This document shows, one piece after another, positions 27,330 through 41,949 of a DNA stretch of 64,000 nucleotides. The DNA comes from Eledone cirrhosa. Lineage: Eukaryota. The DNA is taken from positions 182,528,001 to 182,592,000 of the forward strand of contig OZ024742.1 of assembly GCA_964016885.1 (NCBI GenBank), given 5' to 3'. The notes below the pieces were generated by a model. It saw only the letters and a program-made list of their open reading frames with translations, was not told the DNA's origin and ran no database searches. Made by a program: the position numbers and the translations under genes. Within the stretch, counting starts at the first letter, position 1, and each line of letters begins with the position of its first letter.

Positions 27330-27930
27330 GATCTTTACTATAGGCACAAGGCCAGCAATTGTGAGGGAGTGGAAAGTCGATTAAATTAACCCTAGTTCAT
27401 TACTGGTACTCTATTTTAACGACCTCGTAAGGATGAAAGCAGGATTTGAACTCCGACCGTAAAGGAGCGTAACTCTATGCTGCAAGACATTGTGTGCGAC
27501 GCTCTACCGATACTGCCAACCCACTGCCCTCCCATTTCTTAATAATTGTTTCTACTTTTGGCACAAGGCCAGCAATTATCCAGTGCATTACTGGTACTTT
27601 ATTTTATCGACCCTGTTAGGATGAAAGGCAAAGTTAACCTCGGCGGAATTTGAACTCAGACCATAAAGGGCCGTAACTCTTTGCTGCAAAGCATGGCGTC
27701 CGACCCTCTACCAATACTGCCAATCCACCGCCCATTTCTTAATAATTGTTTCTACTTTTGGCACAAGGCCAGCAATTATCCAGTGCATTACTGGTACTTT
27801 ATTTTATCGACCTCGTAAGGATGAAAGGCAAAGTTAACCTCGGTTGGATTTGAACTCAGACCGTATATGGACGTAACTGTGCTGCAAAGCATGGCGTCCG
27901 ACACTCTACCGATACTGCCAATTCACCGCC
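27330..27930 (-). mobile_element. Three head-to-tail tRNA/Nin-domain SINEs
   Basis: Copies at ~27330-27529, 27543-27733 and 27743-27930, separated by CCATTTCTTAAYAAT. Confidence 0.92.
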
Positions 27931-28599
27931 ATTTCTTAACAATCGTACATAGTATTATCTATCAACGTATTTCGTCAACCTTTAGTGACGAGGTCGTTGA
28001 TACTTTAATGATTTATTTTACGATCACTGTTAACTTTGAACATCATCTTGAAATAGATTAGTAGAAAATATAGAAAAACCGGTTTGTTAATTCACATGTT
28101 TGTAGTATATTTGCTTGTATTACTGTAAAGAATTTTAATTTTAATGTGTTGCAATCATAATACTGTTCGGTGCGATACAGGACGTTAAGAGTGAGAGTTG
28201 TACATTTTTCATAAGCCGTAAGAACAGAGAAAGGAGAGGAACAGTCTTATTTCCCCTATAAAATATTTAGATAGTTAAGAGTGGTGCTAATTTCTACTGT
28301 GAAGGAAAATTATTCCTCGTTTCCAAAGTATAGAATACTCGGTTGCTTTTCTGTGATATAAATGAGACGATATTTACAGATAGTTCCGTAAAGTTGTCAG
28401 TTGTATTAGGTAATTGTTAAAATTATTTAACAACGAGCACTGTAGACCCTAACATTAGATCCCCAAATATACAAAGATAATCTAGATTCTACACTTCATA
28501 TTCAGTTGTAAATATTTACAAACATGTGGGGAGGGAGGTGAATAAATGAAAAGAAGGAGGTAGAAATTAGCATTGTTAAAATTTACACCTTTGTTTAGA

Positions 28600-28860
28600 C
28601 GATACATCTGATCTGAGGACAAAGTGGTGAAAGCATTACCGCAGAGAACAGCCAGCAGAATACCCAGTGCGTCAGCCATTCCACCTCCCTCAGTCGAGAT
28701 AAGCTCCTGCAGAACTTGCAGAGGAAAAGGATAACTGAGGTCTGGACGGCAACCGGCACAAAAAAGAAACGGTCAATCAAAGCCAGGTATTTAGTTATCT
28801 TTGGCTCCTCTGCGTTAGGGGCAGCGATACAACGTGTCATAACATGTGGCGTCCAAGATG
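28600..28860 (-). mobile_element. CRE-clade (restriction-like endonuclease) non-LTR retrotransposon, 3' relic
   Basis: DATCYDT, AEEPKITKYLALIDRFFFVPVAVQTS, REVEWL and LAVLCGNA match the RLE motifs WDATC..T, AE..K..KY..L...FVPVAVETSG and SLAV.RGNA. Confidence 0.75.
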
Positions 28861-29371
28861 TTTGACTTAAACTAGAAAATTAAAAACAGATTAAAAACAG
28901 ATTAGCCTCTCCCATACGATGGTGGCGGGTGAAGAGAGAAAATAAACTCTTTAAAATATCCTCTGATACACCAAGCAAATAGAAATATTCCATGATTTGT
29001 AATATTTGACCGACTTTCAGATAAATATTATTAAATTGCATCTCGTTGCTTGCTTTCAAATAAGTGAAAGCTATTTATCAGCTCTGGCTCTAGCCTGATT
29101 TATTGAGCAGAGGTAAGCTGTTGTTTATATGTATGCTGTTTAAGCTACTAATTGCCCCTCCCAAAACCTGCCAATACACACTCTACAACAAATATTTTAT
29201 TTCGCTTCTACTGCCTCTGCTTCTTCACTTCTCTATCTTTTCCTCTCTCTCTTCTTCCCTCCCTGTCCTTCTCTTTATCTGTATATATATATATATATAT
29301 CTATCTGTGTGTGTGTGTGTGTGTGTGTGTTATATATGCATGCATACACATATACACACGCGCGCGCACAT

Positions 29372-29408
<37 letters not shown>

Positions 29409-29816
29409 AATTGTTTATATGTTATTTTACTATCCCATTAAGCTGAATATGTGGAATAAATAGCAGGTATGACATGTATGGAATGAAGTCGGTTAATCCT
29501 TCTTATATCATTCCGAAATTTATTGCTCAACTTTTGTTGTAACTGTCTTATTTATTTACTTATTACTTATCTATTTATTCATATATTTATAGTTATTTAT
29601 TTATTGTTTATCTCTATATATTTATTTATCTATTATTTATGTGTTTATCTATTTATTTTGTATTCCTGTCCAACAGACTACTAATTATGGTTGTTAGTAA
29701 CGCTTCCCTTGTGCTCCACTGTGTGCCTGTTAGTGTGTGCGTCTTTGTGATCGTAAGTATGTGTGTGTGTGTGAGTGTGTGTACGCGCGTGTTCATATGT
29801 ATGTGTGCATGTATGA

Positions 29817-29884
<68 letters not shown>

Positions 29885-30435
29885 ATTTATGTATGTGTGT
29901 GCGTGCATGTGTGTGAGAAAGTTTGTGGCTTAGTGGAGAGGGTGTATGGCTCACAATCGTAAGGTCGTGAGTTCGATTCCCGGACATGTATCGTGTAATG
30001 CCAGTTAACTTGGTTTTACCCGCAACTCAATGAGTTGTCCCATATCGTGTCATACTGAATCATTCTAAGAATTTCATAACGGATACACGTGTCTGTGGAA
30101 TGCTCGGGCACTTACACGTTAATTTCATGAGCAGGCTGAGGTGTTGTTCAAAATAATAATACACCCTTCGTCGGAAATGATGGACGTTCAACAACACCAT
30201 ATACGCGTATGTGTGCATGTGTGTATGTATGCATACAGTATTTAAATTTGTATATACTATATATAGTCTTGAACTATACAAACACATGTATATATATATA
30301 TATATATTGTATATAGAGTGTTGAAGTGTGTATACATTTTGGGGGGATACCCTGTATGTATCATATATATATATATATATATTGAGTAAAATGACAGGAG
30401 GCTGGACTTTTGAAATTCCTTAAAGGTTTATTATA

Positions 30436-30495
30436 AACACTTTGCACATTTCAATGACCGGGCTCTGCAAGAGCCCGGTGACATCATCAGGTGTT
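30436..30495 (-). ncRNA. Type I hammerhead (family A), cleavage site mutated
   Basis: Reverse complement AACAC-CTGATGA-TGTCACCGGGCTC/GAGCCCGGTCATT-GAAA-TGTGCA-AA-GTGTT, then AATAAA; homologous to 1405-1462. Confidence 0.7.
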
Positions 30496-30599
30496 ACGAA
30501 ATTTATCAAATAAAGGAGTATAATAATGGTAGACACAATCCAAGGGGCTGAAAAGTAGAGAGAAATGTTTAATATATATATATACATACATATATATAC

Positions 30600-30699
<100 letters not shown>

Positions 30700-30746
30700 T
30701 AATATATATATATATATAAATATAATATATATATATATATAAATAT

Positions 30747-30777
<31 letters not shown>

Positions 30778-30778
30778 A

Positions 30779-30810
<32 letters not shown>

Positions 30811-30837
30811 ATATATATATTATATATATATATATAT

Positions 30838-30894
<57 letters not shown>

Positions 30895-30967
30895 TATACA
30901 CATATATATATATTTACACACATATATATATATATATATATATGCATATACACATATATATATATTT

Positions 30968-31020
<53 letters not shown>

Positions 31021-31080
31021 TTTACTACCTTGATTAAATCTTAACCATTTAACATCTCAGGGTATGTCATGTATCATTAT

Positions 31081-31133
31081 ATTTTGTCTGATGAGGACGT
31101 ACTGTTGTACATCCGAAATATGTATAATAAAAT
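31081..31133 (+). ncRNA. Type I hammerhead ribozyme (family B)
   Basis: ATTTTGT-CTGATGA(31088)-GGACGTAC/GTACATCC-GAAA(31115)-TATGTA-TA-ATAAAAT, with canonical G10.1-C11.1. Confidence 0.82.
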
Positions 31134-31173
31134 GTAATTGATCAAAAGAATATCTATTTTATTAATATTTGTA

Positions 31174-31255
<82 letters not shown>

Positions 31256-31930
31256 TCTGCATAAACTATAGAAGCGCTGGTTTTAATTTGAAATTCTTTT
31301 TAAAAAAACGTGGGTATCCCCAACGCAGAGAACTGCAAGTGCAGTCGATTGCTAGCTGCTTTTTCCGTCTATACTGGTATTTTACTAGATTTTCTAAGCT
31401 ATGATTTGTAGTAATTGACTTTTGTTGCGTTTTGGATTCCTACATGTTCTGTGTGTGGGGGTGGTGTGCAAATGTATGTATATGTATATATGTATGTATG
31501 TTAATGTATTTGTCTGTGTGAGCTGCTTAACAAAAGCTACTTTCAAAATAAAATGCACACAGTAGCGCGCACACACGCATGCGTTCGTAAATAACCATAA
31601 CAGATATGTGTGTATAATTGCTTATGGACAAAAAAAAAAAAATTGAAATAAAATCCATAGCTTTCACCTATGCATGAGGTCTCTTGGATGTTATAAATAT
31701 GCCCCCTCCCCCCCCCCCCAGCCTTCTCGTGAAATGCTGCGTGAAATGAAGTGCTTCGTTTAAGAATACAATGCATTGCTCAAGACTTGGATCCATGATC
31801 TTTTGACCGTGAGTACAACGCCCTATAGCTTTTTTTTTTTTATTCATTTATGATAAAATGAGCTTGCGCATAACACTAATAGTTATTTCACATAGACACA
31901 CACACACACAGACACAGACACACACACACA

Positions 31931-31974
<44 letters not shown>

Positions 31975-34852
31975 GAAATAACCCAATCAAGCAATTGCGT
32001 TATGTGTTGTCTGGATTGTTTTATAAGTCTACCAGTAATATCTGAGCTTCGTACTTTGAGAAAATCGAGTTTAATTGTTTGTTAAATTAGATTCAAGGAA
32101 GAAGGAAAATATATGACAAACCATAGATCAATGGTCTCGAACCGGGTTTCATGCGTACTAAAACTTTCACTAAAATAATACCAGAGTTCTCAAAAAAAAG
32201 AAGAAAAAAAACCGACGTTCCTACAGGTTTTTACAGTAAAGTTTGATAGTTCTTCATTCTAAAGATTCTGCTTTACTATAATATTCTTTTATGAAATATT
32301 ATATTTTTTTATAAAGGAAAAAATATCTGCACATTTATTCTTTCTATCATCAAGTCTATCTGTTATATCTGGGGCTCATATCATGACATATTATGTTTGG
32401 GGTTCTTTATAGGTATCTCAGTAATATGAGGGGTTTGTGTCGTAAAATAATCAAGTTATGAGTCTACCAGTGATATCTAGGCTTCGTATGGTGAAATAAT
32501 CGAGTTCAAGAGTTCGAACCATAAGCATCCAGTATTTTCATTTCCAAACATAGCATATCTAAAACTGCATTATTGAATGTACCCTTCAACTTGAAATACG
32601 ATGTAATTGAGGAAAATTGTTTGTTATTTCAAGCAGATCTAGCGACCTCATACACGCTCGTTTGTTGGCACGAAAACTAATTCGTTATTTAGACATGTAT
32701 GTGGGTGCATTTGTATATACATATATATGTGTATGCGTTTAGTTAGGCTTGTATAAATGTATATATCCCAGGATGTTGGTAAACGTTTCTGCAGAAACCA
32801 TTGAATTACTGAAACATATTTCTCCATAGTAACCATTGTTTTTTCAACACTCTAATTCTTTCTTACAGAATACATGTGGTCTATTATGCTACCATTGTTA
32901 ATATCATCAATTCAATATGCATATTGGATTCATATAACAACTTTGATTTTACCATTTGGTAGACAGATCTTTTCTCTTTTCTGATTTCTCTTCTTTTGTT
33001 GTAGTTTCCTATTATTTTCGCATAAGAAAATATACATAATACATTTTGAAATATTGTTTAAGAGAACATGAGAAAAAAAGAGAGAACGAAAGAAAGGAAG
33101 AAAGAATAAACAGGAGTGTGGTGTGATTAACGAGGGCTTAACCAGCTTTATTGATGAGTTCACGTATTTCTATGGTTCTGGGTTATGCTACGGGTATTTG
33201 GGGGCTACTGGATCCTGCTGTAAGTATTTTGGTTGTCCTGTATAATGCTGGAGAGGAGATGGGCTCTGCCAAGACTTCAAAATACACTCAGGAATGACGT
33301 ATGTCAATATGGTGCGCCTACGACTTCATACCATACCATAATGCTGAATCCATACCATACCATAATGCTGAAAATCATCCTAATGTCATGAGTCATGTTT
33401 TCGATGTTGTAGATCATATAGAAATATTTCTGTGGGTCCGTCGTGCTAAAAGTATTTCTGGTACCCTGGGTCGCACAACAACAATTTCCGCGGTCCTGGT
33501 TAGTACCAGTAGTATGTCCATGGTCCTGGATTGTGCCAGTAGTATTTATAAAGATCCTGAGTCATGACAGAAGTAATTTGGAATGGTTTACTAGTGCTAG
33601 AAAAGATCAGTGCATCCGTACCAATTCAACTAATCATTTAGCGACGTCTCCAACTAATTTCCCAAGTCATACCATGTTGACCTCTTGAAAAATTATGAAT
33701 CCTCCCTCGGCTTGGGAGATGAGCATGCAATTGTTCTGATAATTGAACGTCAGACACCTGAATTAACATATACGTGATTGAGTATTCCACAGAGAAGTGT
33801 TCACTTGACGTAAATCTCAGGCAGAATCAGTGTGACTTAATATGTAACAAAGCCAAATCTTGGAATTACAGCTCATATCCACCTGTTGGACTTCCACACA
33901 ATACACGTCTGCCTAATTTGACTCACAAGAATTGTTTTAATCCGATAAAATGGCAACATTTAGCCAATTATTCTTAAAACTTAACGCAACCAAACAATAT
34001 TGGATGTTGTTGAATTATGCATAAAGCCATATATTTATGGAAGTATGTAAATAAGATATCATAGCGTCTGTTGCATTTCCCCAAAATATTAGAAACATGA
34101 ACTGAAATAGCTACGAGGAGGTTTTAAGATAGATTTCTATATAACTGATTATACGTATGTTTAGGGATTAAACTATGGTACTCGCTACACATGTCATACA
34201 GAAAAGCAGTTCTCAGGCTGTGGTCAGCTTACTGCTGGCTGTCCACAACGTAGTACTCCCTACACATAACATATAGAACCGTAGTTCCTGCGCTATTGTC
34301 TGTTGTTTACTAACTGTCTGCCGATGATTAGACATCTTTCAAAATTCTTGGTGAACATTGGAACTCTAACGTAATTAAAAAATAGTCTTGAGAATGAAAA
34401 AAGCTAGAAACCACAAACATAGAATACGACAATTAAAGTAATTCATTCACATATTGGATCTACTTATAAGACCTGTGTTGTTTAGATGGTACATATCTCA
34501 AGTATGGACATATCTCAAGTATGCCCATCTATTTACATGATTTACATGATTTCATGCGTCGTGACACTCACTTTTTTTCACACATCTCATCAATGGGAAT
34601 TGTCGCATAATACGATCAAGTAGATAATTATATATGTATGTATATGTCTTATTATACATTTATATCATTATATATTTATATATATATATATGTCATTCAC
34701 TATTTTATAATGATTAAATTGTTGGATTTATTCTTTGAATTCTATCTATGAATTGATTTTGGGAGATAGGACACATGTTCAATATTATCTCAATCATGAC
34801 ATCATAACTTTGAATGTAATATATATAATATATATATGCATATATATATATA

Positions 34853-34886
<34 letters not shown>

Positions 34887-35643
34887 GAAAGTTTAGAAAA
34901 GGATTATTAAATCATTTCATGGGCTTACGAAAGTTTCGCTAGACTAACAGGAACGATGGGTTCATTCCTGGCAGAATGGTTTATCAGTGTCAATTAAATA
35001 CAAGCGATTTATTTTACAGAAATAAGCAAAGTTGTAAATAATAACGTTTAAATATGATAAGAACATTTTAAAATTAAGAAGCCTAAAATAGTAAAATATA
35101 TAAATATTAAAATGTTTACGTCCAGTAACTATATATCTCACTAACTATAATATATCATTACAAATCGATAACACACACTAACATAGAGCTAAGTTTATAC
35201 TTATGAGAATTATAATGTCTATTATCACTTCGTAAATGGTGTTGTGAAAGATATATTTCAAAATATACTATAAGAACGTAAAATACTATGGAAACATAAA
35301 ACAGCAATGAATATTTAAAGAGACTAATAAATTTCACTGACTAAATTATATAAGTACTGAGTTAAATAATCTACGTTAAAAATTAGGTTAGATATATGGC
35401 ATAGGTGGGGTTACAATATATAATAATTAAGAGATCAAAAGGAAAACCTTTTGAACGTGTGTATTTGTGTGTCTATAAATTAAAGGTTAGGGTTGATTAA
35501 AATTTGAAGTAAAATAAGTGGGTAAAAGATATGAATTTTACAAGATAGTTTAACATAAAGCTAGGTATAAATGTTATATGATACAAGTTTTATTAAGATT
35601 GAATAAAAAATACTTAAATGGGTGTGTGATGGGTATATATATA

Positions 35644-35762
<119 letters not shown>

Positions 35763-36149
35763 TGTGTCATACGTGTGTATGTCTGTACATATATATGTAT
35801 ATATGTGTATATTAGATAGATCGAAAAATAGAATGACTGGTGGATTCTAATAGCTAGATAAATAGGTAGGTAGATGGATTTTGAAAGTAATCGAGAATGA
35901 AAAAGAGAGAGATTTCACAAGAAATCTATGGGTGGAATCGGAGTATCTATAGAATTAATATCGATATTTCATATGTTGTATCTATTCCTAGAATTAGCGA
36001 GCAGTAAGTGTTGTAATATGAAACAGATATGAATCTTTTAAAAATAGCTCCAACGATCACCCTCACCCTTTCACATATTCAAACGTACATACAGACATAT
36101 ATGTATTTGCAAATCACATTTGCAACAACACAGTACGCCATTTTTCATT

Positions 36150-36184
<35 letters not shown>

Positions 36185-36537
36185 GATAGAATGCTTTAGC
36201 TTTATGGTAATTGTTCCGGCTCTCTGAATTCTTTCCCGCCGAGGTCAACTTTGCCTTTCATCTTTTCGAGGTCGATAAAAAAAGTACCAGTCTAGTACTG
36301 GGGTCGATTTTCCTTCTATATCTCTTTCTCATTTCCTCTCTCTCACTTTCTATATTTCTGTGGAAAAAAGAAAGCCGTATGTCAATACGACGCTCTACGT
36401 CTCTGTTAGCGGTCACGGGACCATACCATATATATATATATATACACATACATATATATGTATATGTATGTATGTGTGTATATATGTTTTATATGTATAT
36501 ATGTGTGTGTGTGTATATATATATATATATGTGTGTG

Positions 36538-36660
<123 letters not shown>

Positions 36661-36960
36661 GTGTGTGCGCGCGTGTGCGTGCCTGTGTGTGTGTGTGCGT
36701 GTGCGTGTGTGTGTAAATATGTATACATGCGTATATATATGTACGTATGATATTGTCAGACGTGAGAACGAGTACTCTAACTTTAATAAGGGTTTAAATA
36801 TTCTTTATTATGGCTCTGACGTGCCACCAAGGAAACATCTTTCTGTTCGCTTTCTTTACTAGAAATAGTAGCCAAATTCCCCCTAATTCATCTACTAATT
36901 AAAAAAGTACACATTACCTAATATCGTTCCTAGAATGATGGAATATTCATGGTTGGTGTG

Positions 36961-37440
36961 ACTTTGGTTATACGTCTGTATCTACAGGGTTGGAGCTGGG
37001 ATAACTTTGGTTATACATCTGTTTGTCTAGGGCTAAGGCCGGGATAACTTTGGTTGTACTTTGGTATAAATCTGTATCTGCAGGGCTAAGGCTGGGATAA
37101 CTTTGGTTATAAATCTGTATCTATAGGGTTGGGGCTGGGATAACGTTTGTTTTACGTCTGTTTCTACAAGGCTGAGGCAGGTATAACTTTGGTAACACAT
37201 CTGTTTGAATAGGGTTGGAGCTGGGATAATGGGTTATACATCTGTTTGAACAGGGCTGAGGCTGGGATAACTTTGGTTGTACGTCTGTATCTACAGGGGT
37301 GAGGCTGGGATAACTTTAGTTATACGTCTGTATCTACAGGGTTGGGGCTGAGATAACTTTGGATAGATATCTGTTTGAAAAGGGTCAACGTTGGGATAAC
37401 TTTGGTTATACATCTGTATCTACAGGGCTAAGGTTGGGAT
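36961..37440 (+). repeat. 43-bp minisatellite, ~11 copies
   Basis: Unit ~ACTTTGGTTATACRTCTGTATCTACAGGGYTGRGGCTGGGATA. Confidence 0.92.
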
Positions 37441-38109
37441 GGCGTTGATTGAACGTTTTCTTTTTAACAGAGCTGAGCTGATAACATCAATAAGGTGTAC
37501 ATTGTAGTGACATAACAAGAAGTAGACACGGGTCTAAACATTCTAGTATCGAATATATAAAAGATAGATAGATAAAGGGAGAGAGAGAGAAAACTAGATA
37601 GGTATAAACAGATTGATAAAATGATATATAGACAAAGAGTGAGAGATAAAAATAGAGAGATCAATGAATATATAGACAAAGATAGCTAGATAGTGAAAGA
37701 GAGATAGATTGAGAGATAGAGAAATAGACAGATAGATACATAGATCGATCGATCGATAGATAGATAGACACATGTCATCTCTCTCTTACGTAATCTCTTA
37801 CGTCCGTTCTACTCTACTACTTGCACCAAGAGGAGAGAGAGAGAGGGAGGGAGAGAGAGCGAGAGAGAGAGAGAGAGAAAGAGAGAGAGTTGAAGGTGTT
37901 GGGAATCGTTCCTGATTTAACTACTACCCATCCATGCTCTACCCCGCCCCACCATCGTCTTAATCCATCTCCTACACTCCGCCCCTTCCTACTACTACTC
38001 ATACTCCAGTAGACCGGAAAAAGAGAAAAATATATTAAAAAAGACTAAAAGTAAAAACAAAACCAATGTCAGAGCATCAAATGGAAAAAATGAAAATGAA
38101 GGGAGATCA

Positions 38110-38166
38110 GCACTACTACCCCAACTACCACCACCACCATCACCACCTCCATCACCGCCAATACTA

Positions 38167-38198
<32 letters not shown>

Positions 38199-38236
38199 AC
38201 TGTTGCTGCTGCAGCTACTACTACTACTGCTGCTGT

Positions 38237-38290
<54 letters not shown>

Positions 38291-38335
38291 TGCTGCTGCT
38301 GTTGCTGCTGCAGCTACTACTACTACTGCTGCTGT

Positions 38336-38389
<54 letters not shown>

Positions 38390-38434
38390 TGCTGCTGCTG
38401 TTGCTGCTGCAGCTACTACTACTACTGCTGCTGT

Positions 38435-38483
<49 letters not shown>

Positions 38484-38542
38484 GCTACTACTACCACTGC
38501 TGCTGCTGTTGCTGCTGCAGCTACTACTACTACTGCTGCTGT

Positions 38543-38579
<37 letters not shown>

Positions 38580-38752
38580 GCTGATACTACTACTACTGCT
38601 GCTGCTGCTGCTGGTGTTGCTGCTGTTGCTGCTGTTACTGCTCTGGTGGTGGTGGTACCACTGCTGCTGCTGTTACTACTACTGCTGTTGTTGCTGCTGC
38701 TGCTGCTACTACTACTATTACTACTACTACTACTAACTACTACTACTACTAT
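38110..38752. repeat. Compound (CTA)n/(CTG)n array with a ~100-bp higher-order unit
   Basis: The block CTGTTGCTGCTGCAGCTACTACTACTACTGCTGCTGTTA(CTA)n is repeated four times. Confidence 0.92.
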
Positions 38753-38906
38753 AATTAATGCTACAAAGCGAGATGCCGGCATTTCACCGACTTTGCTGCC
38801 AATCGTAAAACTAGATCAACCAGCATCCTGGCAGCCAGAGATAAGAGAGAGGTGAGAGGAGAGAGTGGAGAGAGATTGTGTGTGTCTGTATTATAGAAAG
38901 AGAATA

Positions 38907-38946
<40 letters not shown>

Positions 38947-39891
38947 ACACACACACAGCACAACTAGTAGAAAGGCACTGCTAACAGGTTGGTGTGTATC
39001 GATCACACATTCTGCCTATCAACATTGCATTCTTTGTCAATTATTCATTTTATTTTATTTTGTTTCATATTTTTTCATTTATTCATTTATTTTCTTAATT
39101 GTTCTCACAATAATAATATTAATTATTATTATTGTTGGTCTTATTGTGTATTTTTGTTATTTTTTATTATATTTCGAATAATTCTTCCCCACCACTCGAC
39201 ATATATAAACTTTAGCCCTTCTTTCTCTACCTCATTCTCTCTCTTAATAGCTTCACTCACTTTCTCTCTTCCTCACTCTCTCACTCCTACTTCTCCCTCC
39301 CTTTTCTCACTCACCGCCTCTCTCTTTCTCCTGCCCTAGGCATCAGACCGTAAAATATTGCTGTAAAATATTTCCAAAAAGGTCCACATTGGCGAGTATG
39401 TGTCCCGCCACGGAATGCACAAGAATAACCTCCCCTTTAGCATGGGAAATGGACTTAAATGCTCGCTGTGGTGGTAATTCTTTACAATCCCATGTATTTG
39501 TATGTTTAAATCGCACAAATGCAGGACTATGTTGACCCATTATCGAGCCTCTGGTATTTCAGATATTCTGGACCCCCTTTGGCACTTCAATTTTTACTCA
39601 AATACGCCACAAAAGAAAAAATTGACGTGTTCCTAATCTAAGCAGGGCATCTAGTTCATGTCAGATCTATAATTACTGTGCGACCCCTAGTGCTCAGCCT
39701 AGTCAGCCTTGTGAATAATGCAGCCCTGTTAACTTTGTCTTTTATTGCTCGTGAGTCGAACAATAGTTTCTAATTCAGACACAAGGTCAACAATCTCTTG
39801 GTGGGTAGAGGAAGGTGATTATACTGACTACAGTATTTAGATAGTGCTATATTTTAGTATGAGAGATATAGGGTTTATATGCAGCATTATT

Positions 39892-40076
39892 TGGATTGGC
39901 AGTATCGTAAGACGGTCGGACGCCATGCTTTGCAGCAAAGAGTTACGGCCCTTTTTGGTCTGAGTTCAAATCCCGCCGAGGTTAACTTTGCCTTTCATCC
40001 TTACGGGGTCGATAAAATAAAGTACCAGTAATGTACTGGTTAATTGCTAGCCTTGTGCCAAATGTAGAAACAATTA
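39892..40076 (+). mobile_element. tRNA/Nin-domain SINE
   Basis: Full-length consensus match. Confidence 0.92.
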
Positions 40077-40906
40077 TTGGTTATGGGGTTAAAATTGGCA
40101 AATGCAAAGTTGAAACAGAGGGGTGAACACGGAAGTAAAGTAGAAGAAAGGAAAACAATATTTTACAATTTTATTTCATAGTTCATGATATTTTGAGATT
40201 AAAATTTCTTTATCAAAGGAAACTGAAAGAAAGTGGTGTCGAGCTGCCATACTTTACAATGCTCTATGGGAATGGATGGCTGGAGGAATGTGGAGACTTG
40301 TATAGCTATAATATCCTATCAGCTTCATGCAATACGCGCCTGTTATTAATAGAAGGTCTTAAACTACTAATGAGAATTACCTCTTTGATTCTTAAATTTC
40401 CGACGCTTCGTTTTGAATATATTGGATTGATGACTTTTATCTAAAATCTCAAAGATAAAATAATAGTGTTTTAAGTGAGGACATAATATGAATGTTACAA
40501 ATAATACAAACAAATTCCTCCGTTAATTTGTTATATTTTCACTAATGAAATTAATTTCAATATCAATTATATTCCTCCTTCATATTTAATAACATTTGCA
40601 TTGCTTTTCTGTTTTAAAACTGCAGTATAATTGTTTAATTAGTACACATACCATTCATTAATTCTCCTGACCCTTCATAATTTGTTTATTCTTTAAATTT
40701 TATTCAATTGTTACTCATTTATTTAACAACAGTATTTAACAACAGTGACTAACCTTATTTTCTAATTATTATACAAATATACCAAAATAACAAATATCGT
40801 TTTCTGCTACCTCTATGGTGTAATCGTTTATATTTCAAAAACAAAAAAGCCAAAATCAATATATAATTGTGTACAGTTGCCTCCTGTGATTTGTTCGTTC
40901 ATTTTC

Positions 40907-40940
<34 letters not shown>

Positions 40941-41583
40941 CGCTCAACGTTTCTTAATATGTAATATATATATATATATATATATATACTCTTTTACTCT
41001 TTTACCTGTTTCAGCCATCCGGCTGAGGCCATGCTGTGGCATATATATATATATATATTTAGCGAGCCCTCTTTGGATTTTAGTCTTCAAATTTATTATT
41101 ATTACTATATATATATATATTACAAATTAATGAACGTTGAGCTAATTATGAAATTTAAATGAATGTTAATTTAGTGTTAACTGCTTCACGCAGTTGACTA
41201 TGGTAAATGTCATAGTTTAAGAAGTTACGCATATAAGCCCCTAGAGATGGAAACAAAAGTAGTGTTATATGATTCTGTAGTGATTTGGTATACACGTTAA
41301 AGAAGAATTAATGTCTTTTTTGAAATGAAATGAAATTTGCAACTCACACCTATGTAAGTTTAGTTTGTCTCCTATGAGGTTGTATCTCATATGGGTTTTT
41401 GGGGAGGGGGTGTTCATTAAGTCCTATCATGAAAAAGCAACGTGAAATTGCTCGAGAACAAAACGGAGCTCCTTGACAAGGAATAGGTCCCAAGCCGTTA
41501 TGAGCGGTAATCCATCTTTATCACTAGAACACACACCGGTACATATCCTTCTTTCGACTGGATTGATCATTGATAGTCCTCAC

Positions 41584-41625
<42 letters not shown>

Positions 41626-41719
41626 CACTTATATATGTATCTATCCGTCTAGGTATGTATTTATCTATCCATGTATCTCGGCCTCCATCACCCTCCTTTT
41701 TCATCTCTCTCTTTCCGAT

Positions 41720-41820
<101 letters not shown>

Positions 41821-41826
41821 ATATAT

Positions 41827-41873
<47 letters not shown>

Positions 41874-41949
41874 GGAATGGTTTTCCGATGAGGCGGAAGG
41901 AAGCCACGGTTAAATAAGTTACTCAATAGATTGGTAACTCTTTATTTCA

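Noticed and set aside
36961-37440. CRISPR-like regularity
   Set aside because: Tandem units without unique spacers, in a eukaryotic context with no cas genes.
38066-38782. Long Tyr/Cys, Leu or Val/Ala ORFs (antifreeze- or mucin-like)
   Set aside because: Pure trinucleotide repeat open in multiple frames, with no splice or homology support.
41470-41515. GGTCCCAAGCC resembling a twister ribozyme core
   Set aside because: The flanking P1/P2/P4 helices and pseudoknot partners could not be formed.
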